NCBI GenBank assembly: GCA_951406725.2
Contig: OX597839.1
Location: 29,760,001 to 29,824,000 of the forward strand
Direction of reading: 5' to 3'
DNA from: Octopus vulgaris
Taxonomy: Eukaryota
DNA: 64,000 nt
Made by a program: the position numbers and the translations under genes. Positions 29,178-44,228 of the stretch are shown here, piece by piece; within the stretch, counting starts at the first letter, position 1, and each line of letters begins with the position of its first letter. Under the pieces are notes generated by a model. It worked only from the letters and a program-made list of their open reading frames with translations, was not told where the DNA came from and ran no database searches.

Positions 29178-30269
29178 CTGTGTATGTGTGTGTACTGGTG
29201 GACACACATACTGGTCGTGGCGTGGCTAATGATACACAGACAGACGATGAGGTTGCAACATCTCCAGCGTTACTTCGCTGGTGAGCAGGTGTGGTCTCCG
29301 TTTGTCAGATTTACATTTTGTACAGCTGGAGTCTTGAAATGAAATATCGTCCTGGGCCAAACATCCTGAACCGACAGCATCCTCGAAGAAACTCTGAGTG
29401 TCGATGAAATTCAAGTAACTGATTTCATCTCGAGGTCTTTCGGTCCAGGGCCAATAGATAATTCCAGAAATACCTGGCCTGGCAGTGTTAACAGAGATTA
29501 TTTTCTTTTGGGGATACAGTATTACAGGCATTGAAGCAGCCGGGCTTGTCAGAGATGCGAGAGGACCGAAGGAGCCGTCCTGCACGCACTTGGCAATGCA
29601 TAAACATTGCTAACTGGTAGAGTTAAGACAATGTCGCTGCGTTTCGTTGGTCGAGAAGAATACTTCTATTTCCTCCGCCAGGTGGCTAAAGTGGAAGAAG
29701 TGATGTGGTGGACAAGACTGAAAAGTTTGAGGGCAGACACTTCTTCTTTGGCCAAGCCCTCATCAAACGTTTTAAGCTCCATCTGAAAAGGAAGGTGAGA
29801 ATGAAAAAGGACATGGTGCCCAACTGCCTTGTGTTGTGACGTAGTTGAATGTGACTCTGATGGCTTACGGTTGTTAGATGGGTAGAAGTGCCCATAGTGA
29901 TACCATTCACAGTCGGAATGATCGAGTACCTGTAGGATTTCTTGTTTGCTCTTAGGTCGAAGTCCCTACACTTAGAGAATTTTGCTGTTACATTTTTGTT
30001 AATTGCTTTTGTTAGTCACATGTATTGTTTTTGTTAGTCATGCTGAGTCAAACGTTTTGCAATATCGGAACAAGTAATAATCCCAGGAATTGTAGATATT
30101 TCCTTTACAAAGTCAAGTTAGGTGAGAGAAAAGAAAACAAAGGAAAAAAACAGAAAGCAAAAACATCCATGATTTGTAATCGTTTTCTTAGCAGCAAAAC
30201 CCTTCTCAATACGTAATATATACCAGTTAAAACAATCCATTGCTCTTCCGGCAGAGACGGCAAGCCAGG

Positions 30270-31610
30270 GACCATTCTGAAATAATTTTCAGTTCGCTCT
30301 TAATCATTCCCAGTGCTCTACAATCACTGATCTTGTAACTGCCTTGAAATGGAACACTTTTGCAGTTTCAATGAGCAAATAGTTATATTTTCTGAGCGTC
30401 TCAAATACTTTTGCCAAGATATTATGATCTCAAGGAATAATTATCTCAATTAATAAACAAAATTCATTATTTCAATATTTCACAACAATATCCCACTTAT
30501 TAGCCCTGAGAGTTCTGTCTCAGTTTTCCTGAATGTTTGAAAGAATCGTTACATTTTCTCTCTCACTTACAGCCCTCTCAGGGTCTCGCTCATACCATTT
30601 GTCAACGGGTTCAATTCATAATGCCCACATATTATGCAGTGTAGACAACGATCGACTTTATCATGTCTTGATTTATAATTCATTGATAGGAACCCTTTAC
30701 ATATAGAGCTTAGATTGCCTATACCACCATGACCGATATCCAGTCTACAGTGGAGAAGGCTAGCCACTGGATTTGGTTAAAAAGAGACGATGAGCGATGG
30801 CTAGAAGGATATTGAGCTTTATTTGATAACCAGCGGATCTAGCAAGCGGGGCCTCATATCAGTGAGGTGCCGTCGAGAGGTAGGCCCTGAAACGACGCGC
30901 ATTCTCTCCTGATGACCCCATACACTTGCTGGCTTCCGGTATACGGAGTTTTTGACTGGTAGCACTTGCATGTGCAAGTTGTTTGCAAGACATTTCAATC
31001 ACAGCCTTACAGAAGCGGCATTTTGTGTCTACTCAATGGTTCATCATATTAGTTTGGAAGTTCCAGCTCAATAAGATCCGATCTTGCACAGCTAAGATGA
31101 AGGTTTCGATCTCCACCGTTAGCCCTGAGCTATGTAGCCACTGATTGGTGTGCTTCTGTTCAATATAAGTTTGTTTCCCACGGACCACATATTTGCCATG
31201 CAGCCTATCATTCATTCATTCGCAGTTCCCTGATACTGTTCGTCCAAGATATTCATGAAATCAATAGCAAATTTGTTTGCTCTCATATTAAGATAGAATA
31301 AATCTCCTTCTGCCTCTCGTATCTTTCAATGACATTTAGCATCTGGTCGATAGTTGTTTCAACGTATTTTTTGATCAGTCCAATTGTATTGTTTTGGTAA
31401 GAACGTTCAAGCTGTATCAAATCTCGATGTCCTCCGGCTCTGCAACGATTTACGACTGCTTCGGTGGATTCACCATATCACAAGTCAAATTTTTTCTCTC
31501 AGTTGGCTATAATTCACGGATATTACAGTACAAAGCATTGAAGCTATAATTACCAAAAAGACTCTAAAGAATTTATGGCTAGCGCCAGTTTGTGTGAATT
31601 TATCTTAAAT
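30270..31610 (-). mobile_element. Degraded R4/Dong-like LINE fragment with an unrelated GC-richer insertion (~30712-30995)
   Basis: LHGKY..QWLHSSGLTVEIETFILAVQDR and YKSRHDKV remnants. Confidence 0.7.
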
Positions 31611-32435
31611 ATAAGAACTACTCACACTTTGTGGAGACACATGACCCAGCGGTTAGAGCAGCGGTCTCGCGGTCGAGTGATCGCGGGTTCGAATCTCAGA
31701 CCGGGCGATGTGTCTGTTTATGAGCGAAACACCTGAGCTCCACGCGGCTCCGGCAGAAGGTAATGGCGAACTTCTGCTGACTCTTTTGCTACAACATTCT
31801 CTCATTCTTTCCTCCCGTATCTTGCAGCTCACCTGCGACGGACCAGGTGGGGAATCTATATGCCAAGGAAACCGAGAAACCGGCACTTATTATCCAGGCA
31901 TGGCTGAAGAAGGAACCAACATCAACAAAAAATACATGAGGTGGTCATAGGATTAGACAACCCCCACTATGTATGAATGTATGTACGTATGCCATTGTTC
32001 CGTTTTATTTCAAGATTTCTTGCAACAGAGAAAGAGGCTGTTTCTAACCTAGGTCCAATGCTCTTTCCTTGGAATTTCAACATCAACAACAGGGTATTTT
32101 TGTTTCTAGGTATGTATATGTGCAGATTTGTATGCTTTGCTTTGTGTATTTATTCTCATGCATATAGCTACATATCTTGATATGCTCATATATATTTAAA
32201 TGTTAAACTTCTGGAAAGTTTTACAAATTGTTACAGTTCCAGTGATAGATTGGATCTGTAGTCTTCGAATTAGCTTTCTCCTATCTGGCTTTGAGAAGCC
32301 AAATTACTCAAGATTGGTATTTATTCAGCGTATTGCGTATCCCTGGCTATGTATGTATGTATGTATGTATGTATGTATGTATGTATGTATGTATGTATGT
32401 ATGTATGTATGTATGTATGTATGTATGTATGTATG

Positions 32436-32471
<36 letters not shown>

Positions 32472-34321
32472 TGTATGTATGTATGTATGTATGTATGTAC
32501 AGACATATGTATGTACGTACTTATGGATGGATGACTCTTTCCTTCCTTAGGCTTGTGTTCAGAGTGTTCACGCCGGTTACTAACAAACACATTTTGAGTT
32601 AAGGGATTTCACGGCGTTTTTGAATATGTGGTTGAGTCCGTGTGTTGGTTGAACTATCGAGTCACACACGCAAATATTTACATCTATTCACCTAAAGAAT
32701 CTCATTCGCATCAGTTTCTTATGAATTTTTCCGTGAAACCAAGTGATACTAGGTTCTTTTGCACATTTGTCTCGGTACATAACCTAATGCACTTATGATG
32801 ATAGGAACAAACTTAGAATTCATTGTCAGGGCAGAAGGGCTGTAAGTTCCGCATTAATTCAGCATAAATACTCTTTTACTCTCTTTTACTCTTTTATTTG
32901 TTTCAGTCATTTGACTGCAGTCATGCTGGAGCAACTCGACCCCGGCACTTATTCTTTGTAAGCCTAGTCCTTATTCTATCGGTCTCTTTTTGCCGAACCG
33001 CTAAGTGACGGGGACATAAACACACCAGCATCGGTTGTCAAGCAATGCTAGGGGGACAAACACAGACACACAAACACACACACATACATAAATATATAAA
33101 CATATATATGACGGGCTTCTTTCAGTTTCTGTCTACCAAATCCACTCACAAGGCTTTGGTCGGTCCGAGGCTATTGTAAAAGGCACTTGCCCAAGATGCC
33201 ACGCAGTGGGACTAAACCCGGAACCATGTGGTTGGTAAACAAGCTACTTACCACACAGCCACTCCTACGCCTATTATAAATAGACTTTGCAAATATATCA
33301 TATCTCAGAGGAAGGTAGCATCTCACAGACATTTGGGTGCAGCCGCTGCTGATGTGTGTGATATCTTTCACTCTGGTACAGCAGAAACGATATTCAGTGG
33401 TGACGTCATTCTATCACATGATGCACAAGCAACACATGGTTAAGGAGATTCATAACTACAAAGAAATCTATTAAAGGTACGTGGTGAGACAGAGGAAATA
33501 ACTCAGGAAAGCATCTGTGAGTTGTTTCCCTTACAAGCAGATTCAGTAAATATAAATAATCCTAACATAGGTACAAGAGGCGCAATGGCCAAGTGGTTAG
33601 GGCAGCGGACTCGCGCTTGGAGGATCGCGGTTTCCATTCTCAGACCGGGCGTTGTGTGTGTTTATTGAGTGAAAACACCTAAAGCTCCACGCGGTTCCGG
33701 CATTGGGTGGTGGCAACCCGTGTTGTACTCTTTCGCCACAACTTTCTCTCCCTCTCTCTTCCTGGTTCTTGAGTAACGCTGCGATTGACTGGCGTCCCTT
33801 CCAGCTGGTGGGGAACACATACGCCACAGAAACCGGGAAACCGGGCCCATGAGTCTGGCAAGGCTTGAAAAGGGCGCAACCCCCCCCCCATAGGTACAAG
33901 GGCTGAAATATAGGGACGGGAAAAGTCGGTTACATCGACCCTAATACTCAATTCGTACCTATTTCAACAACACTGAAGGGATGAAAGGCAAAGTCGACCG
34001 CGACGGAATTTGAACTCAGAATAAAAATGCCGACGAAATGCCGCTAAACATTCTTCCCGGCGTGCTAACCATTCTATCAAGAAATACAATATTTTCTGCT
34101 AGAGGAACAGGGTCTGAAATTTTGTGGACGGGGTTATTTCAATTGCATCGAGCTCAGTACTCAACTGGTACTTATTTTATCACCCACGAAAGAATTAAAG
34201 GCAAAGTCAACCTCGGTGGAATTTGAACTCAGAACGTAGCGACGGGCGAAATACCGCTAAGAATTTCATCCAGCGTGCTAATGATCCTGCCAGCTCGCCA
34301 GCTTTAAAGTATATATACATA

Positions 34322-34422
<101 letters not shown>

Positions 34423-34432
34423 TAAAATAAAG

Positions 34433-34810
34433 ATCTTGAAATAGAAATCAGCAAAATGTGGAAGCTGAAGACTAAAACAATACCTGTTGTCATAGGTGAC
34501 CTGGGAATGATAACGAAAGGGGCTGATTGCTACCTAACTCAGATACCAGGAAACCCCAAAATTGCAGAAATTCAAAAGATAGTGCTCATTGGAACTGCTC
34601 ATATCCTACGCAAAATACTTTCTATGTAATCTCAAGGTTTAAAACAAACATTTTTTTTTTAGACATTCACTAGTACAACGCCCAAAAACCCCGCAAATAT
34701 ATGGCACACTAGGCATAACAACAACATGGACTTCCAACCTGTTGTCTCTTGAGGTCTCTGGGTGAGACTTGGAGCCAACTTGTACATACATAAAGCAAAA
34801 GTCAAACATA

Positions 34811-34876
<66 letters not shown>

Positions 34877-34883
34877 CGACGAC

Positions 34884-34976
<93 letters not shown>

Positions 34977-35558
34977 ACTACTACTAATAATAATAATGCC
35001 CTGATGCAGTACCAGACAGTGGCTCTCATGGCTTCTGATCTTAACAGATTGGAAGTGTTATCATGTACATTGTTTTGTCTTGGTATAAAAGATGGGCTAC
35101 AGCAAATATTCTGCTCAATACCACAGATTTGCTTGTCAGTTGTTTGACCTTAACCAGTTGAGCATGTCCCTTAGTGGCTGACGATATGTGCATCTCTGAT
35201 CACGAGCAGAAGTAGTGGGGGAGCATCATAGCCATGTGTTGAGAGGGATTCTTTGGGGTTTGAATAATTCACCTCTGGAAACATGGGTGGTTCTTTCAAC
35301 ATCCTTAATCAACCCTTATTCAGGGACCTTTCGAGCGGGATGGGTTACTCGACCAGAAGAAAATTCTAACTGGGCCCCACCTGCAAGGTCATGTGCTGTT
35401 TATCTTGATATGAGATCACCATGTCGTGCACATATGGTTATGATGCATGTGCCTGGTGTACCCTTATCAGACGGGTAGTCATGATGGGTATACTGGGCTT
35501 CGTATATTTTACCCCAGAGTCACTTTGATGGCATGCACTGCTCTCTCACTCAATAATA

Positions 35559-35595
<37 letters not shown>

Positions 35596-35694
35596 TATAA
35601 TAATAATGATAATAATAATAATAATAATGATAATAATAATGATAATAATAATGATAATAACAACAACAACAACAACGACGACAACAACAACAGC

Positions 35695-35750
<56 letters not shown>

Positions 35751-36901
35751 GGACTGGATGTTAAAATTGTCTCAATATATGAAAACAAGAAAGCATCATA
35801 CTCAGTAACAAAACAGGCAAAGGAATATCTAAGTGAATTCCGAATACAACAAATTTCGGAGTTAGACACACAAGAAACAAGCACAGAATAAGCTAGGCGC
35901 ATGAAAACCCGTGCCAAAACTGCGGCCTTAGATATTCTGAATAATAAATGGCAAGAAAAACCTCTCTATGGCAAATACCCAAAGAGAGCGAATAAGGCAG
36001 ATGTTGACAAAGCCCTGACCCATCAATGGCTAATGGCCTCTGGCTTAAAATCTGAAACAGAAGGGTTTCTCATAGCAGATCAAGATCAATGCCTACCAAC
36101 AAGAAACTACCAGGCCAACATATTAAAGAACGGCAGTAGCCCAACATGTGTATGTCAACAACAAAATGAAACCATTGATCATGTTGTCTCCAAATGCAGT
36201 CGTCTAGCGCCTACAGAGTATCTCAACAGGCATTATAGAGCTGCACAATATATTCACTGGGTAATTTACAAAAACCTGGATTTGCCCCATGAAAAAAACT
36301 GGTGGGAGCACAAACCACCTCCAGTGCTTGAAAATGACCACATCTCACTCCTCTGGAACTTCACCATTCAAACTGACAGGAAGATAGATGCAAATAGGCC
36401 AGACATCATATTGAAAGACTTCAGACAAAGAACATGCCTCCTCATTGATATGACTGTCCCAATCGATATAAACGTATCTGTCAAGACCTACCAAAAACTG
36501 AGCAAATATAAAGATCTTGAAATAGAAATCAGCAAAATGTGGAAGCTGAAGACTAAAACAATACCTGTTGTCATAGGTGCCCTGGGTATGATAGCGAAAG
36601 GGGCTGATTGCTACCTAACTCAGATACCAGGAAACTCCAAAATGGCAGAAATTCAAAAGATAGTGCTCATGGGAAGTGCTCATATCCTACGCAAAATACT
36701 CTCTATGTAATCCCAAGGTTTAAAACACTTTTATTTTTTTAAATTTATTTATCAGACATTCACTAGTACAACACAAAAAAAAACCAAGTGTATGGCACAC
36801 TAGGCATAGCAACAATGTGAACTTCCAACCTGTTGTCTCTTGAGGTCTCTGGGTGAGACTTGGAGCCAACTTGTACAGACATAAAGCAAAAGTCAAACAT
36901 A
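34433..36901 (+). mobile_element. Cluster in (TAA)n/(CAA)n: Dong-like 3' fragments (34433-34811, 35751-36901) plus copy 3 of the 555-bp element (34996-35551)
   Basis: ORF 35901-36710 is nearly identical to the C-terminus of 20962-22950. Both fragments end ..AAAGCAAAAGTCAAACATAG(AAT)n. Confidence 0.92.
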
Positions 36902-37094
<193 letters not shown>

Positions 37095-37319
37095 CATTCG
37101 TTTCCACTAAAGTCATCAGGTTTGACTAAAGTCATCAGGTGAGGGAGTTCAAAGGCTTACATCGACTGCAGAGCTTCATTGATTAGTTTTATATCGACTC
37201 TGGGTGGATAAAAGGTTTGAGTAGACAACGGCAGAATTAGAACGCAGAAGTATGGAGGAAATGCTAGAAAACTCTGCATCCGGCGTGCTAACTATTTTGT
37301 TAACTCGCCGGAGAGATAT

Positions 37320-38495
37320 CCTGAAAAAACACCTGAATGGTTAGAAAGTGTAATTATTTACCTGCTCCCAAACAATGAAAACCACATGCCAAAACAAAAA
37401 CGATTTACCCACCCGTAATCTCTTTATCAAGCACTTATAGAATTTGAACACCTATTTTCTTGGAGAAAGCTTGTATTTATGGAAGAGAACGCTATTTTCT
37501 CGAGCGTACCAACGAAGCTCATACGGATACGAAGATCAACACTTCATTCATCGCATGATGCTTGGAAGCTATCGTACCAAGCGCAGGAATCTGTTCCGCG
37601 TGGTTTGATTTCAACAGGCTTTTGAGAGCACAATGCATTCACGGATCCTTAAATCGCTGGACATCTTCGAGATTTCTCTTGTAATTTACTTACTTGTACT
37701 TGTGGCGACATTCACCCTGGTCGGGTTGAGTCGGATTCTTCTACCACCCTCAAGGCATCTCGAACCATGGCGGTGGAAGAAGTTTCGTGGGAATATGTGA
37801 ATTTCACAAGCGGTCCCCAACAATCCCGCATGTAGAGACATCCTGTTTGCCGCAGATTGCCCGCAGACGCAGGGACAGAACGACCGAGGAGCCGCCGGTT
37901 GCCGAAACAGACACTCCGAGTATCTTCACCAGGTTGTGGACGGGGTTATGGCCATAATACCACTCGGTGTCAGACCAATCCGCCTTGGGTGGCCCTACCA
38001 GGAACCGAAGTTCCCGACGGCATAGCTCTGACACTACCCGTTGCCAGCGTCCCCACCACGGTGAGGAGGGCATGGACTTTGGGGACGCAAAGTCTTGTAA
38101 TTTCAAACATCCTGAAGCCTAATATCACACCATGTAACACGAATCTACAATCATATTATTCTAATGGTGTTTTAGCTTCGAACAACATTAGCGTCAACAG
38201 CGGAATTTTCCAAGTATTTCATAGCCAAAATACACCTCACACGTGAACTTAATAAAAGAGGGTATGCGTTGAAAACTAACAAGAAAATAAGCCATCTGTT
38301 TCATATGGACTTAAAACTCTATGGGCAAGGAAATGGTGAGCTTGAAGCCGTGTTACATACTGTGAAAGCCTTCTGTGATACTTTCAGGATGGAGTTTGGT
38401 TTTGATAGGTGCCAAAGCGACTTTCCAGAAAATATAAAATTCAATCATGTTGGATTTTGAAACAGTTATAAAAGAACTTGAACAAGAATGAAACT
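37320..38495 (+). mobile_element. Degraded Dong-like RT fragment interrupted by a minus-strand LINE 3' end (~37685-38092)
   Basis: KISHLFHMDLKLY..MEFGFDRC remnant. The insert ends on - in CAAGTACAAGTAAGTAA short repeats. Confidence 0.6.
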
Positions 38496-38664
38496 AAGGC
38501 GTAGGAGTGGCTGTGTGGTAAGTAGCTTGTTTACGAACCACATGGTTCCGGGTTCAGTGCCACTGCGTGGCACCTTGGGCCAGTATCTTCTACTATAGCC
38601 TCGGGCCTACCAAAGCCTTGTGAGTGGAATTGGTAGACGGAAACTGAAAGAAGCCCGTCGTATA

Positions 38665-38711
<47 letters not shown>

Positions 38712-38852
38712 GTGTGTGTATATATGTTTGTGTGTCTGTTTGCCCCCCCCCCCCCAGCATCGCTTGACAACTGATGCTAGTGTGTAATATCCGTGAAATA
38801 TATATATATATATATAAATGGAGTTTAACGCAGGTATAAATCAAATACTTTT

Positions 38853-38936
38853 ACTTTCGACACATGTTTCGAAGATTTGACTGATATTCAAAAGAATAAA
38901 TAGTATAAAACAATGCAATCTTCTCTTCAGGGAAGT
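38853..38936 (-). ncRNA. Hammerhead motif, inverted duplicate of 28354-28437
   Basis: ACTTCC CTGAAGA GAAGATT..AATCTTC GAAA CATGTG TC GAAAGT. Stem II has 7 perfect base pairs here. Confidence 0.78.
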
Positions 38937-39015
38937 GAAAAACGAAACTCGTAAATAAGAAATTTTAACAGAAAATTGTTTCCGTGTTAATTGTTAACAA
39001 GGGGAAAATACATTC

Positions 39016-39127
<112 letters not shown>

Positions 39128-39590
39128 GGTAGGTGTTTCTCTTCATAGTTGCTACATTAAGAGACAGTTAGACGCAAACGCAATGTTTTTTTTTTTATTA
39201 AATTATCATTTATTTGACTAATTTGATGAACAAGTGACATAATGTGATGATGGGATTATCCTCATGTGACCTGGTGAAATGATTACCTGCCATGCTGCTC
39301 ATGTAATACAGAAATGACCTTTGTTCTATGGAGGTTACCCCCACAGAGATGTCCCACTGTCAACTGTTTAATATTGGCTGGTGTTTATGTTTCCAATGTT
39401 ATGTATAAGTCGGCGAACTTGTTTTATGAGCAGATAGTGAAGGTTTAGACTATGTGTATCGAGGACTACAATATATAATGTGTGATAGGTAGTAATAGTC
39501 GATAATGACTTTGTTGTCGATGTTGTTTAGATTCCATGGCAGCTGCGATTGAAGAGATTGGTGCAAATGAAGCAATGGATAGCATTCCAT

Positions 39591-39850
39591 TTATGACCAT
39601 CCTGCCTCGCTTCTGATTGATTTTTTAGGTGGTATCACAGTTGTGGTATGTAATTGCGGCTTCATTCTTGGTAAGACTTTTGGGTTATTGGGGAGAGTGA
39701 AGTTCAGTTGCTTTTGAGGTATCAGAAGGTGACACATGTTCCCTCTAACTCCAAACCCGAAGGGGCAATCACAGTAGTGGTGCCCGGGTTTGTTAACGCA
39801 TCTGTAAGGGAAAGGGCATCCACCATTGTTGCACCTACATTCGTTGATGT
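39591..39850 (-). CDS. Inverted copy of exon 9 (pseudo-exon, or last exon of a convergent paralog)
   Basis: Intact acceptor TTATTTTCAG. The EGF part is identical to 27909-28033, and the tail is extended to ..PPKKSIRSEAGWS-stop. No upstream exons were found in the window. Confidence 0.6.
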
Positions 39851-41772
39851 CTGAAAATAAGGAGGAAATAAACAAACATAAGTAATGATAAAAAGGAACA
39901 ATATATATTTCTTTACTACCCACAAGGGGCTAAACACAGAGGGGACAAAAAAGGACAGACAAACGGATTAAGTCGATTATATCGACCCCAGTGCGTAACT
40001 AGTACTTATTTAATCAGCCCCGTAAGGATGAAAGGCAAAGTCGACCTCGGCGGAATTTGAACTCAGAACGTAACGGCAGACGAAATACCTATTTCTATAC
40101 TACCCACAAGGGGCTAAACACAGACGAGACAAACAAGGACAGACAAACGGATGAAGTCGATTATATCGACCCCAGTGCGTAACTGGTACTTATTTAATCG
40201 ACCCCGAAAGGATGAAAGGCAAAGTCGACCTCGGCGGAATTTGAACTCAGAACGTGTCGGCAGACGAAATACGACTACGCATTTCGCCCGGCGTGCTAAC
40301 GTTTCTGCCAGCTCGCCGCCTTATCAACACCTATCCCAGTTCCACAAAAATTTTAGTGAAGATACTTCAAACTGATACATGAGGAGACTTGCAGCTAGGG
40401 CCATTTCAAGATACCTATAGCAAAATGGATTGAGTACCTGGCGAGTAACAAAGGCAACTTATTATGTGCAATGCCCAGGAGCTGTTAACGTGAATTCTTT
40501 AAATCCAATCTATTTACACCTCTGTGACGATTTGTAAGACATTTCAAATCATTCTGAGATTCTTTAGACCGATAAATGCTCGCGTTTGGGTGTGGACCTC
40601 GACAGCTCTGCCAGCAAACCAACTCAACCACATGAAATAAAACGGGAATTCTCTTTAAAAGAACTTCAAGAAATATGAAAAACATACGTACAAGCATTTA
40701 CTTCTCTCTCTCTCTCTCTCTTTCTCTCCCTGTCACTTCATTATGTATTCTTTTTTTATTTTGACACAGGGCAAACAGGTTTCAGGGGTGGAGTAATCGA
40801 TTACACAGGCCTCAGTCCTCAATTTTTCTTATTTCATTGATCCTGAACGATGAAAGACTCGGCCTCGAAGAAATATTAACTCACAATGTTACGACGAAGG
40901 ATATATCTGTTTCTTTATTACCCACTAGGGGCTAAATACAGAGGGGACAAACAAGGACAGACAAACGGATTAAGACGATTATAGCGACCCCAGTGCATAA
41001 CTGGTACTTAATTTATCGACCCCGAAAGGATGAAAGGCAAAATCAACATCGGCGGAATTTGAACTCAGAACGTGTCGGCAGACGAAATACGGCTACGCAT
41101 TTCGTCCGGCGTGCTAACCACTCTGCCAGCTCGCCGCCTTCTTTACGACGAAGGAAAAATCGGTAAGCTTTTTCTCCGACGTTCAAAAAAAATTATGACA
41201 CCTCGTTTGTATCATCCTGTGACTCCACCTTTCTTACTATCTCTAAGGGAGGCTACTTACAAATACTTAAGCTGTACTTAAGAGGTTCTCTCTCGAGAAT
41301 CAGGTCTGCTACAGATGTAGATCAAACTCAGTAATTTACTGTTAAATATTTTATTCGATCTGAAATTGTGGAAGGCAAATTTTGACAAGAAATTTTGCTT
41401 TGCATTTTCTACGATGTGCTATAAATATTCCCACCATATTATACCTTATGACACTGCGTTTCATGCAGCATCTAAGGGAGGCAACTTTACAATACTGCGA
41501 TTATATTTCCACATTTAACTCACTAAGGTCTAACGCATTGTTAGAAATAACAGCCTAGTACCCTGTTGTTTGATTTTACATTTTCCATAGAGAAGTGAAG
41601 GGCACTTGACGAAGCATCGGTAAAATATTGCCCTATGAACAATCTCATATAATGCTAGATATAACGGACAAGTTCATTCAAATATGTATTATTCTTTATA
41701 CAAATGGAGGATTATTTCGGACCAGATACATTTCTTAAAATTCAAGTGGTTTCCGACTATGTCGATTGGTCT

Positions 41773-41809
<37 letters not shown>

Positions 41810-41875
41810 GCATATATACATATACATATATATATATTATATTAATATATATATATTATATTATGTATATATGTA

Positions 41876-41941
<66 letters not shown>

Positions 41942-42080
41942 ATCCAAACAAGAAAGTACAAAAAAACACAACAACGCGAGGACGTGGAACAAATATAGTC
42001 GGAAACATAGGAGAAGGAAAGATCCAGAGAAGGGAAGACAGAGGAAAAAAATCGCTAACGGTACACACGAGGTCACATTC

Positions 42081-42226
<146 letters not shown>

Positions 42227-42817
42227 CGCAGGAGTGGCTGTGTGGTAAGTAGCTTGCTAACCAACCACATGGTTCCGGGTTCAGTCCCACTGCGTGGCAT
42301 CTTGGGCAAGTGTCTTCTGCTATAGCCTCAGGCCGACCAAAGCCTTGTGAGTGGATTTGGTAGACGGAAATTGAAAGAAGCCTGTCGTATATATCTATAT
42401 ATATGCATATGTATGTGTGCGTGTATGTTTGTGTGTCTGTGTTTGTCCCCCTAGCATTGCTTGACAACCGATGCTGGTGTGTTTACGTCCCCGTCACTTA
42501 GCGGTTCGGCAAAAGAGACCGATAGAATAAGTACTGGGCTTACTTGGGTCGATTTGCTCGACTAAAGGCGGTGCTCCAGCATGGACGCAGTCAAATGACT
42601 GAAACAAGTAAAAGAGTAAACAGTATATTTTTTTTCTCTCCTTGTTTCTCTCCTTGTTTCTCTCCGTGTTTCTTTTCTGTGTATCTTTCTGTTAAAGAGC
42701 GTAGGCTCGAAACGTAAAAGACTTGTTTTATTTCTATTCCTGAGCGCCATACTGAAACAATTGTTTGTTAGTTTTCCACCTGCTTTCGTCTTTTGTTTAT
42801 TTTCATAAAGCTTCCCG

Positions 42818-42905
<88 letters not shown>

Positions 42906-44059
42906 TGCATTTATGTCCAAGAACTGGAAGCGTGAATTTAAGCTAGTTGTACTCCCGCTATTTACTTGATCTCCAATAACATCAGACCGTTGGGTCTTTT
43001 TTCTCACTCGTCTAAGTATTAGTTCTCTCATGTTGTGCTTTATGTATGTTTGTATTTAGGTTCTTAAACCTCGATGTAAACTGGGACTATGTATTTCATA
43101 TTCAACTAATTGTTTCTCTGAACAATTTGAGAAGATTGGGTAATTATTATCCTAATATTCTACAAGTCTAAGGCGGCGAGCTGGCAGAAACGTTAGCCCG
43201 CCTGGCAAAATGCTTAGCAGTATTTCGTCTGCCGTTACGTTCTGAGTTCAAATTCCGCCGAGGTTGACTTGGCATTTTATCCTTTCGGGGTCGATAAAAA
43301 GTACCAGTTGCATACTGGGGTCGATCTAATCGACTGGCCCCCGCCGCCTCCTCCACAATTTCGGGCCTTGTGCCTAGAGTAGAAAAGAATATTCTATGAG
43401 TCTCTTCTCTCGACTCTTTACTCTTTTACTTGTTTCAGTCATTTGACTGCAGCCATGCTGGAGCACCGCCTTTAGTCGAGCAAATCGATTCCGGTACTTA
43501 TTCTTTGTAAGCCCAGTACTTATTCAATCGGTTTCTTTTGCCGAACCGCTCAGTGATGGGGACGTAAACACACCAGCATCGGTTGTCAAGCAATGCTAAA
43601 GGGACAAACACAGACACACAAACATACACACACACATACATATACATGTATATAGATATATACGACAGGCTTCTTTCAGTTTCCGTCTACCAAGTCCACT
43701 CACAAGATTTTGGTCGGCCCGAGGCTATAGCAGAAGACACTTGCCCAAGATGCCACGCAGTGGGACTGAACCCAGACCATGTGGTTGGTTAGCAAGCTAC
43801 TTACCACACAGCCATTCCTGCACCGGAGTGTAGCTTATTGAGTAAACTTCCTTCTCGATTGTTCCTCTGTCTGCGATTGCGATTCGGAAATCATTCGCCG
43901 CCGAAGTCTTTGTAGAATACATTTTCCACGTATTATATATTTCTCCGCTTCATTTCTGCCACGGTTTTTCCAAATAAGATTAGGCAAAAATTATAAGAGA
44001 TAGCATTAATTATCCAGGAGAATGAATAGACCTCAACCCCCACGTATATTTTCGTCGCC

Positions 44060-44196
44060 ATGTATGTATTTATGTATGTATGTATGTATGTATGTATTTA
44101 TGTATTTATGTATGTATATATGTATGTATGTATGTATGTGTATGTATGTATGTATGTATGTATGTATGTATGTATGTATGTATGTATGTATGTATG

Positions 44197-44228
<32 letters not shown>

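Noticed and set aside
33577-33650. tRNA-like sequences (also 2527, 31634, 49327, 52921, 56447)
   Set aside because: They are SINE heads that continue into shared SINE bodies, with no complete cloverleaf or terminator.
42684-42721. TCTTT CTGTTAA A GAGC-GTAG-GCTC GAAA CG TA AAAGA
   Set aside because: The topology fits a hammerhead but the core has two non-compensated changes. It is counted only as a probable relic and not listed as a feature.
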